Positions 9,158 to 16,385 of a DNA stretch of 64,000 nt are shown one piece after another (position 1 is the stretch's first letter; the number at the start of each line of letters is the position of its first letter). The notes under the pieces were generated by a model. That model had not been told where the DNA came from and searched no databases. It saw only the letters and a program-made list of their open reading frames with translations. The DNA comes from Eubacteriales bacterium (GTDB taxonomy: Bacteria > Bacillota > Clostridia > Oscillospirales > CAG-272). The DNA lies in NCBI GenBank assembly GCA_045651985.1, contig JAZRTK010000026.1:36634-100633 (forward strand), written 5' to 3'. A program made the translations under genes and the position numbers.

Positions 9158-10737
9158 TGAACGAGCTAAAAATTGTCTTGAATCCTTATAACAGCGTCAA
9201 TACTGTCTCTCTGGACGGACGTTCACTTTCTGTTTACAGCGAGCTATGCAACTATATGAAAAGACCTTTTCTCGCTTGGGCAAACGATTTTTTCAAGGCG
9301 GCGGAAACTGAAATCAATGATTTTTTTGACTGTACCGTTGTAAGTGAGCGATTTGAGGCACTGTTTTTGACTGACCTATGTTTGAGGTCAGATGCCTGTA
9401 ATAAAATCAAAGCTGAAAATTTTGAGATAAACTTTCTTGTGGGCAAAAGATTTGATGTTGTAAAAAAATTGGCTGATAAGTATGGCGTTGCGTATTCGGT
9501 TGACGAATTTAAGCTTCCTGTTTCTTTGAATGGATTTGAAAATTTGCGCTCTGAAATGTTTAAACGGTCCTATGGCGAAGGAGATTTTTTAGAAATCGTC
9601 GATAAAACTCCGGCAACGCCAAATGCAAACATTACACTCGTTGTCTCAACTGACCGTCAAATACGTTGTTGTGAAAACGGAAAATACATATGGGAAGTGC
9701 CACGAGATGCGATAGTTGAAAGTGTTGAGGCTATAACCGATCGTTTTGTAAAGATTCCCTTTATCGTAAAAACGTCACAGAAGATACGTGCTTGTAAATT
9801 GCTTTCGTCAGATGACAGCGAGCTCCTTACGCTTGCAACGACAATAACACCGATACTTTCTGTGGATAATTTGAAAAAACTCGAAGTTGGCGAATCGACG
9901 GAGTTAAAGGTTAAGGTGTCTCCGACTAAAAACGCTTTGCCGTCTCTCAGAATAGAGGTTGACGACAATAGTATAGCGGTTGCAGATGGACTTACTATAA
10001 CAGCATTAAGTCCCGGCGAAACTGAAATATGCATCTTTCGAGCCGACGAGGCAATTCCTTTTGCGAAAAAACAGATTACAGTATTTCGGCAAAATCGAGT
10101 ACAAAAAATTGTGTTAGATAGACCTGAGCCTACAGTGGGAATTGGCAAAACACAGAAAATCGACATAAAGGTTTTTCCGGTCGATGCGGATGACAGTAAA
10201 TATGTTGTATGGTCTGTAAACAATCCGAATATCGCCACCGTAAATGAGTCTGGAGAAGTAACCGCGATAGCAAGCGGGAGGGTTGTTGTCACAGCATCGA
10301 CAATGAATCAAAAGGAAAGCGTTATTATCGATGTGATGCCCAATATATCAAAAATCACTTTTTCTGATACGAACGTCCAACTTCTCAAAGGTGAAAGCTA
10401 TTCTGTTGGTGTTGTATGCGAGCCTGCAAAGTGTTTTAATAACGAATATAATTGCAGGAGCAGTAATGATAACGTTGCTCTTGCAGAAAAACAAATTGAT
10501 GGCTCAATACTGATAACAGCCAAAGAACCGGGCATATGTACTGCAGTATGCTCGGCGGTTGAGGGCAACTGTATGGAGAGTTGCTCAATAGAGGTTTTGG
10601 ACCCTGTTGAAGTGGAACAAAAAATCAAGAAAAAACAAATGTCTGTTGATATTGCGTGTATTGTTGGAATTCCTCTTGCAGTCGTTGTAATTCTTACAAT
10701 TGTAACCATCATTCTTAATGCGCTTACTCACGGATAG
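9157..10737 (+). CDS. Big_2 (bacterial Ig-like) repeat protein with C-terminal membrane anchor
   Basis: Big_2-like signatures are ITALSPGETEICIF, VNESGEVTAIASGRVVVTAS and ILITAKEPGICTAVCS. The terminal hydrophobic helix is IVGIPLAVVVILTIVTIILNAL. TAATG overlaps the ATPase stop. Confidence 0.75.
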   Translation: MNELKIVLNPYNSVNTVSLDGRSLSVYSELCNYMKRPFLAWANDFFKAAETEINDFFDCTVVSERFEALFLTDLCLRSDACNKIKAENFEINFLVGKRFDVVKKLADKYGVAYSVDEFKLPVSLNGFENLRSEMFKRSYGEGDFLEIVDKTPATPNANITLVVSTDRQIRCCENGKYIWEVPRDAIVESVEAITDRFVKIPFIVKTSQKIRACKLLSSDDSELLTLATTITPILSVDNLKKLEVGESTELKVKVSPTKNALPSLRIEVDDNSIAVADGLTITALSPGETEICIFRADEAIPFAKKQITVFRQNRVQKIVLDRPEPTVGIGKTQKIDIKVFPVDADDSKYVVWSVNNPNIATVNESGEVTAIASGRVVVTASTMNQKESVIIDVMPNISKITFSDTNVQLLKGESYSVGVVCEPAKCFNNEYNCRSSNDNVALAEKQIDGSILITAKEPGICTAVCSAVEGNCMESCSIEVLDPVEVEQKIKKKQMSVDIACIVGIPLAVVVILTIVTIILNALTHG

Positions 10738-10783
10738 TAAGATCGCGGAAAGAAAAACCTTAATCAGATTATGTAAAAGCACA

Positions 10784-10819
10784 GCTCCGACGGAATCAAT
10801 CCGTCGGAGCTTTTGCTTT
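10784..10819 (+). terminator. intrinsic terminator closing the seven-gene operon
   Basis: GCTCCGACGG-aatcaat-CCGTCGGAGC followed by TTTTGCTTT. It overlaps the last codons of the convergent transposase ORF. Confidence 0.7.
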
Positions 10820-12430
10820 GATTTTGAAATGGCCTGCTTTGATGTAGGCGAGGTCCTCATCGGAAATTCGGTTTTTGCCGTCGCTCTCGAGCAATCGGTA
10901 AATAATTGCGTTAATGTCCGGGTGCTTCAGCAGCATCGAGATCACAGACCAGTTGGACAGCTTTCTGTAACCCTTGAGCCCGCACTCCTTACATATCTCA
11001 TGGAACTTTGTTTTCGGAATGCTCAGAAGATACTCGCGCTTGTTAAACGTCTTAAATCCGTCCTCCTCGTTGAACTTGAAAAATTTGTTTTCCGTTGCTA
11101 TTCTCGCCGCCTTTGTCTCTGCTTTGAGGATGGAAACGTACTTGCCTGTGGTCTTTGAAAGATCCACTGTCTGATTTTCAACGTCCAACGTGGTGTAGTT
11201 GACTTTCAGCTTCAGAAGTTCCTCGAAGATCATTTCTGCGTCCTTGAATGAAGTAGGTCTGCCGCTGTGATCAACCGCCCAATTCTTCACGAAAGTGAAA
11301 AATCCCACGTAATCCTGCAGATATTTCGTGCTTACATTGGTCTTATCCTTGTAAATCACGTCCTTGAGGTCTTTGTGGAGCTCGTTGACCCTTGCGAGGC
11401 TGAGCCCGTTAGACTTCTTTAGAGCGCAAAATTCGGCGTATGAGAGCTCGCCTCGATTAACTATTCGCTCTATTGCGCCGTCCTCGTATAACGATTTCAA
11501 TATCCTCTTGTTTTTTGCCGCTGTTTCAGCGGCTTTTTTGGGGTTTGAGGGATCGGGTTTCTCATATCCGTACTTTTTCAATATTTCCTCATAAGTTGAG
11601 GGCCTGATATAATGGGGAATATTGAAAAGACTGCTGTATTCCTCGTATGTACTGTTTCCGTCGCTGCATAAGAATGATGGATTTTCAAAATGCTCCTCGA
11701 ACAATTCAATGAACTGCTCTGTTGTCATTTTTCCAAGCCCGCTGACTTTACATACACAATAACCTCTGTTATCGATAGCTGTTATGATTGTTGCAAACTC
11801 GGGACCCATAACGCCGAGCTTTGACGGCGACAAGCCATATCGAGGAGTTCTTATCTCGCCCTTCAAAGTGCTCGTGAGATTGCGACTTCCTTTCTGAGAC
11901 TCCCGAACAAAGGTCTCGTCTACCTGAATAACACCTGTAAGCTTTGGCATAGGAACGGACGCCATTGCGTGCATCAGCTTCAATCGCCATAGCCATACGG
12001 TCTTGGGGTCAATTTCATCACAACCGTAGTCTTTTTTCAGAATGTTAACGGTGCTTTGAATTGAGATGTTGTTCAATAGAGTTTCCAACACCTTTACCCA
12101 AATGTCCCAATGCCAGCGAGTTTTCTCAAGCATCGTGCCGCTGAACAGGGAATATTCGTGCTCACAGTCCTTACATTTGTATTTCTGTATTCCTGTGGAC
12201 CGCTTTCCGTTCTTAACCACGTTCTCCGAGCCACAAGCTGGACAGACCGAGTTGATGCCGAGCTTTTCAAGATGAAGCTGATGATCAAGTGTTATGAGCT
12301 TCCTCATTTCCTTGTCAAAACTGCTTTTTGTTCGGTCGGAATATTCTTCTACAAGCTCCTTGAATTCGGCGTAAGACAGTCTGTTGAGTATGTCGGATAA
12401 TTTCTCCTTAGTTGGTTTTGTTATTGCCAT
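10796..12430 (-). CDS. IS1595-family (ISXO2-like) DDE transposase with extended C-terminus
   Basis: N-terminal Zn-ribbon (CPACGS...KCKDCEH) and VIQVDETFVRESQKG DDE-type motif. Start moved to ATG 12430 (MAITKPTKEK), which has GGAGG 8 nt upstream. Confidence 0.75.
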   Translation of the reverse strand: MAITKPTKEKLSDILNRLSYAEFKELVEEYSDRTKSSFDKEMRKLITLDHQLHLEKLGINSVCPACGSENVVKNGKRSTGIQKYKCKDCEHEYSLFSGTMLEKTRWHWDIWVKVLETLLNNISIQSTVNILKKDYGCDEIDPKTVWLWRLKLMHAMASVPMPKLTGVIQVDETFVRESQKGSRNLTSTLKGEIRTPRYGLSPSKLGVMGPEFATIITAIDNRGYCVCKVSGLGKMTTEQFIELFEEHFENPSFLCSDGNSTYEEYSSLFNIPHYIRPSTYEEILKKYGYEKPDPSNPKKAAETAAKNKRILKSLYEDGAIERIVNRGELSYAEFCALKKSNGLSLARVNELHKDLKDVIYKDKTNVSTKYLQDYVGFFTFVKNWAVDHSGRPTSFKDAEMIFEELLKLKVNYTTLDVENQTVDLSKTTGKYVSILKAETKAARIATENKFFKFNEEDGFKTFNKREYLLSIPKTKFHEICKECGLKGYRKLSNWSVISMLLKHPDINAIIYRLLESDGKNRISDEDLAYIKAGHFKIKAKAPTD

Positions 12431-12785
12431 TTCTTTACCTCCAAATGATTTCTGTACCCTCGCTATAAGTATGACTGAAACAGCGTCAGACCAACCTGAA
12501 GCTATGGGCAGTGTTGCCTCAATTTTCAACCGCGAGAGGGTACTTTTTCATCTGAAATTTTGTTATCGTTTCTCCGCAAACTATGCGAAAATCACATCTT
12601 CGAAATTACAGTTTTGTTTCGTTTTGGGGCCGTTTTTCCCCAAAATCAATTATTCCGGCCTTATTTTATCATATTTTTGAGATTTTTTCTATTCAAAAGT
12701 GTTTTTTGCCGCGATTTGTGCAACTTGTACAAACATTTATAGCCATCAGTCAATTCTTGGAATATATAAGAAGTGAAAAACAATC

Positions 12786-12814
12786 TTGATTTATTGTTTA
12801 TTTTGTAGTATAAT
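12786..12814 (+). promoter_or_regulatory. sigma-A-type promoter for dGTPase-like gene
   Basis: TTGATT (12786-12791), 17-nt spacer, TATAAT (12809-12814), 20 nt upstream of ATG 12834. Confidence 0.55.
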
Positions 12815-12833
12815 GTAATTAATAAGGAAAATT

Positions 12834-14246
12834 ATGACAACAACGGAGACGAACATGGAAAATTCTTCAACTAATTACTCATATATTGAAGGAATTGTTT
12901 ACTCAAAACAATTCCGTAATTTGCAGGATAAGACACAGCTGTTTTATTCAGCTCCCAAAAGACAAGTTAGGACGAGATTAACACACACAATAGAGGTAAA
13001 GATTATAGCACATGATATAGGTCAGCAAATCAACAAAAAAATGGGTACAGAGTTGATCGACTTAAATTTAGTGGAAGCTATCGCCTTAGCACATGATATA
13101 GGGCACACTCCCTTCGGGCATGTTGGCGAAAGAACTATAAATGATATTGTTTCAAAAAAAGATAATTTGGGCGGATTAACTAATGCTAACGGCACTTCTC
13201 AAATTAGATTTAAGCATAATGTTAACTCTATGAGAATTCTCGAAGAATTGAATATTCAAGACTGGAGAATTATTGATGGCGCATTGTGTCATACGAGAAT
13301 TTTTTATAAGAACGATAAAAATTCATCTTCTAAAAATCCTTATAACCCATTTGAGGTAAGCCCTTCTAAAATAGCAAAATTTATATACAATGAACATGGC
13401 ATTCTGTTTAACGCCCCGACGCAAGGAAAGGTGTATAGCTTAACCTTGGAAGGGCAAATTGTATCTATTGCTGATGAAGTTGCACAAAGAATAGCAGATA
13501 TAAGCGATGGCTTGGAATCTAGATATTTTGAAAAAATCAAAAGTATTCTTTCAACGAAAAAAGAAATACATACGCGTGCTGAATTGGAACAATTTATCCG
13601 CGAAATGCTTATCAAAGATGTTGTTGACAGCACTACTGAAAACATAAAAGCACAGCCTCAAAATTTTAAAAGTAATTCTGGTATTAGTCACGCTGTATAC
13701 TATCAAGAAGTAGTTGGATTTTCAGAAAGCATGAAAGCCAAAAATGATGAATTAGAAGAATACATAAAAATCATAATGGCTCAAAGCGAAAGCGTCAGGG
13801 AGTCTGACAGTCGTTCGAGATATATTATTCGTCAATTGTACAAAGCATATTTAAATGATATAACTTTGCTGCCGGATGACTTTATCGATGATTATTTTGG
13901 TAAAATAATTAACAAACAAATCTTTTTAAATGCTATTAGCACACTCCGTGGCGCATCGCGTAAAAACAAATCAAATCAAGATTTACATAAAACACTTGAA
14001 GTTCTTGATGAGATTCAAAAGCAAAGATGGAGAATCGATAAGGGCGATTTACCACAAAAGACAGTTGCTATTAGAATTGATTTGGTGAGAAGTTATTTTG
14101 AAATTTTGATAAAAAATCATCGTACTAATAACATGCCTTGCTTAAATGATCTATTTGACGAATATATTCTTAAAATTGGTTTTTACATAGCAGGTTTAAC
14201 AAACACGGAAGCTTTTACTACATACAACCGAATTTATGGACATTAA
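12834..14246 (+). CDS. dGTP triphosphohydrolase-like HD-domain protein
   Basis: RTRLTHTIEVKIIAHDIG and ALAHDIGHTPFGHVGE are the hallmark dGTPase/Dgt-family HD motifs. The gene is very AT-rich. Confidence 0.8.
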   Translation: MTTTETNMENSSTNYSYIEGIVYSKQFRNLQDKTQLFYSAPKRQVRTRLTHTIEVKIIAHDIGQQINKKMGTELIDLNLVEAIALAHDIGHTPFGHVGERTINDIVSKKDNLGGLTNANGTSQIRFKHNVNSMRILEELNIQDWRIIDGALCHTRIFYKNDKNSSSKNPYNPFEVSPSKIAKFIYNEHGILFNAPTQGKVYSLTLEGQIVSIADEVAQRIADISDGLESRYFEKIKSILSTKKEIHTRAELEQFIREMLIKDVVDSTTENIKAQPQNFKSNSGISHAVYYQEVVGFSESMKAKNDELEEYIKIIMAQSESVRESDSRSRYIIRQLYKAYLNDITLLPDDFIDDYFGKIINKQIFLNAISTLRGASRKNKSNQDLHKTLEVLDEIQKQRWRIDKGDLPQKTVAIRIDLVRSYFEILIKNHRTNNMPCLNDLFDEYILKIGFYIAGLTNTEAFTTYNRIYGH

Positions 14247-14307
14247 GCTTTTAGAACTATCTGTTATTTGAAAGGTTTAAAAAAACAAAAAAATTCATGA
14301 AAAGATC

Positions 14308-14336
14308 TTGACAAAAAGCGAATTGTTTGTTATAAT
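14308..14336 (+). promoter_or_regulatory. perfect consensus promoter with no ORF downstream
   Basis: TTGACA (14308-14313), 17-nt spacer, TATAAT (14331-14336). Confidence 0.7.
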
Positions 14337-14342
14337 AGAGCA

Positions 14343-14451
14343 TACACTTTATATAGGAATTTGCATTAGTTCCTATCCTTGGTTGATCGTAAACCTGAAA
14401 CGATCTTCCGTATAGCGGAACGAGAGCCCTGCATAGGGCTCTTTCCTTTTA
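14343..14451 (+). ncRNA. candidate small RNA (about 105 nt, four hairpins, unknown class)
   Basis: Hairpins are ATAGGAA/TTCCTAT (14353-14376), GATCGT/ACGATC (14385-14405), TTCCG/CGGAA (14406-14420), and the terminator-like AGAGCCCT-gcat-AGGGCTCT plus a T-rich tail (14423-14451). No plausible ORF. Confidence 0.45.
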
Positions 14452-14523
14452 TAAAAGTATTGCGGAGTTCAAATCCCGTGAGTACTTTTACGAAAATATC
14501 TTTTTTATAGCCAATAGACAAAA

Positions 14524-14558
14524 AAGAACAGACTCCCATTTGAGAGTCTGTTCTTTTT
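14524..14558. terminator. bidirectional intrinsic terminator
   Basis: AGAACAGACTC-ccatttga-GAGTCTGTTCT with an A-run before and a T-run after. Confidence 0.7.
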
Positions 14559-14750
14559 TCGTCGAGGACGGTTTTCATCCATGACCGACGGAGGAGGTCA
14601 TGGGCTTTGAGCCTGAGCGCCGCCGGTGGCGGAAAAAGCGAGGGTGAAAAGGGAGAAAATAAGGAGCGTTGGGCGTGCGACTTGCGCCGCGCTCAACGCG
14701 ACTATATTTTCGACAGGGCAATGAAAAATCCCATCCCCGCAACCAAAAAG

Positions 14751-14780
14751 AAAAGACACCCGAACGGGTGTCTTTTCTTT
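14751..14780. terminator. hairpin terminator, copy 1 of GACACCC..GGGTGTC
   Basis: AAAAGACACCC-gaac-GGGTGTCTTTT flanked by A- and T-runs. Confidence 0.65.
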
Positions 14781-14910
14781 TAGACCGAAGGTGGACTTTA
14801 TCCATGACCAACGGCGAAGGAACGGGGGGGTGAGCCCATTCGCTCGCAGTGCGGGAAGCAGCGACTCCACCGAGAGGGTCAAACCAAATCAAATTATGAA
14901 ATTACACAAA

Positions 14911-14936
14911 AAATGACACCCGAAGGGTGTCTTTTT
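14911..14936. terminator. hairpin terminator, copy 2 of GACACCC..GGGTGTC
   Basis: GACACCC-gaa-GGGTGTC (14915-14931) with an A-run before and TTTTT after. Confidence 0.65.
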
Positions 14937-15022
14937 CCTTTTTATTTGCCCACACTGTTGTTTTCTTTCGTTTATGGGGTAAAATATATATACATATATA
15001 TTACGAAAAGGAGATCGATACT

Positions 15023-15877
15023 ATGCCTAAATCATCTATCACAACAACCGATTTAACAAATTTTAAGAACCATTTATATAATGAAGAAAAAAGTGCTCTG
15101 ACCATCGAAAAATACCTGCGCGACGTGCGTGCTTTTACGGCATACCTGGACCACAGGCCACTGTCAAAGGAGATCACCGTCGAATGGAAACGGTCACTGG
15201 AAGAAAGGCGGTACAGACCCCGTTCAATAAACTCCATGATCGCAAGTCTGAACAGCTTTCTGATCTTTTTGGGGGCACACGACTGTAAGGTAAAAGCCAT
15301 AAGGATCCAAAAGGCAATATACATGCCCGAAGAAAAGGAGCTGACGAAAACAGAATACAAGCGTTTGCTTTCCTCGGCAAAAAAACAGGAGCGCCTGAGC
15401 CTTATCATGCGCGCCATTTGCGCTACGGGAATAAGGGTTTCCGAGCTGAAATATTTTACGGTGGAGGCGGTCAGAGAGCGGGAGGTCTCGGTCAAATGCA
15501 AAAGCAAGAACCGAACGATAATAATACCGCAAGAGCTGAGTCGCCTTTTGCTGAATTACGCCAAAAAGCAAGGTATCGACAGCGGCGCTATCTTTTTGAC
15601 GCGAGGCGGAAAGCCCCTTGACAGAAGCTATATCTGGGCGCAGATGAAAAAGTGCTGCATAACGGCGCACGTAAGCGCGTCAAAGGTATTCCCACACAAT
15701 TTGCGAAAGCTTTTCGCACGAACTTTTTACGCAATAGAGAAGGACATTGCCAAATTAGCCGACATTCTCGGACACAGCAGCATCGAAACGACGCGAATTT
15801 ATATAATGGCAACGGGTATTGAGCACAGACGTCAAATCGAGAAACTCGGTCTGGTTTTTGCTGATTTTTTTGCTTAG
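15023..15877 (+). CDS. tyrosine recombinase (XerC/D-phage integrase family)
   Basis: Has a core-binding N-domain, ATGIRVSEL (Arg), HNLRKLFA, LGHSSIETTRIY (His..Arg..Tyr). Start moved to ATG 15023 (AAAGGAG 9 nt upstream) rather than the ORF-track start at 14927. Confidence 0.85.
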   Translation: MPKSSITTTDLTNFKNHLYNEEKSALTIEKYLRDVRAFTAYLDHRPLSKEITVEWKRSLEERRYRPRSINSMIASLNSFLIFLGAHDCKVKAIRIQKAIYMPEEKELTKTEYKRLLSSAKKQERLSLIMRAICATGIRVSELKYFTVEAVREREVSVKCKSKNRTIIIPQELSRLLLNYAKKQGIDSGAIFLTRGGKPLDRSYIWAQMKKCCITAHVSASKVFPHNLRKLFARTFYAIEKDIAKLADILGHSSIETTRIYIMATGIEHRRQIEKLGLVFADFFA

Positions 15878-15889
15878 AAAACAAAAAAC

Positions 15890-15911
15890 CCACATAATTC
15901 GCATTATGTGG
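15890..15911. repeat. recombinase-type dyad site, copy 1 (core TCGC)
   Basis: CCACATAAT-TCGC-ATTATGTGG, starting 12 nt after the recombinase stop codon. Confidence 0.75.
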
Positions 15912-15932
15912 AAAATAAAAATAATCGCCTTG

Positions 15933-15952
15933 ACATAATTCGCATTATGTGG
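15933..15952. repeat. recombinase-type dyad site, copy 2 (core TCGC)
   Basis: ACATAAT-TCGC-ATTATGTGG, in direct orientation relative to copy 1. Confidence 0.75.
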
Positions 15953-16008
15953 ATTCAAGGCTTAAATAAAAGCGTACATAAATACCGCTTGGATTTGTAT
16001 TATACACG

Positions 16009-16037
16009 AAAAAGCTCTGTCCGTCAAGGGTTTTTGC
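16009..16037 (-). promoter_or_regulatory. near-consensus promoter inside the putative invertible segment, currently pointing leftward
   Basis: On the minus strand: TTGACG (16037-16032), 17-nt spacer, TATAAT (16014-16009). Confidence 0.65.
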
Positions 16038-16098
16038 AAAAAAACGCAAAAATTTTTACCTTTTTTTCAACTTCATATAAAAGTGCACACAAAAACAA

Positions 16099-16146
16099 AC
16101 CCTCCCTAACATTTTTTTGTTAAAAATAGGTTGGAGGGTATTTTTG
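16099..16146. terminator. long hairpin with T-runs on both strands inside the invertible segment
   Basis: CCCTCC (16100-16105) pairs with GGAGGG (16133-16138). It is followed by TATTTTT on the plus strand and TTTGTTTTT on the minus strand. Confidence 0.5.
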
Positions 16147-16211
16147 TGCGCATTTTTTCTTAGCGTTTTTTCATTTTTTGCTCCGCCGAAAGAAAATAAA
16201 AATCCCAAAAT

Positions 16212-16232
16212 CACATAATGCGAATTATGTGG
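16212..16232. repeat. recombinase-type dyad site, copy 3 (core GCGA, inverted)
   Basis: CACATAAT-GCGA-ATTATGTGG. Its reverse complement matches copy 1 at 21 of 22 positions. Confidence 0.75.
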
Positions 16233-16385
16233 ATATCCGGACGGATGGCACCACTATCGTGCTCTCCGTCAAAAATAATTATTAAATTGTAGCAAACGCT
16301 AAACGGATGGGCGCAGATTTTCTTCGTCGTCCGTAAAAATTTGGGCATTTTGTAGCAAATGCTAATTGGAGGCACACCGTAATTT

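Larger units (their letters stand above)
10741..12717 (-). mobile_element. possible IS element boundaries (tentative)
   Basis: There is an imperfect inverted match between GATCGCGGAAAGAAAAAC (10741-10758) and GTTTTTTGCCGCGATTTG (12701-12717). The match is weak and no target duplication was seen. Confidence 0.25.

Noticed and set aside
10718-11158. 146-aa plus-strand ORF after the Big_2 gene
   Set aside because: It is antisense to the transposase gene and starts inside the Big_2 gene's last codons. It crosses the operon terminator.
12621-12645. Perfect 8-bp hairpin TTTTGGGG-ccgttttt-CCCCAAAA upstream of the transposase
   Set aside because: No U-run follows on either strand and there is no second copy. 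It could be an IS-internal structure, but I cannot assign a function.
14466-14490. tRNA-like T-loop string GGAGTTCAAATCCC
   Set aside because: The flanking bases do not form a T-stem, acceptor stem or any cloverleaf on either strand. At most it is a decayed tRNA 3' fragment, which I cannot demonstrate.
14853-14862. GGGAAGCAGC resembling the SRP RNA helix-8 motif
   Set aside because: The surrounding sequence does not reproduce the conserved SRP domain IV (no GGAA tetraloop context or matching 3' strand). It is probably chance in GC-rich DNA.
14575-14892. 105-aa and 94-aa minus-strand ORFs in the GC-rich block
   Set aside because: They read straight through two intrinsic terminator hairpins. 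Their Arg/Pro/Ser-rich composition is implausible and they have no RBS.
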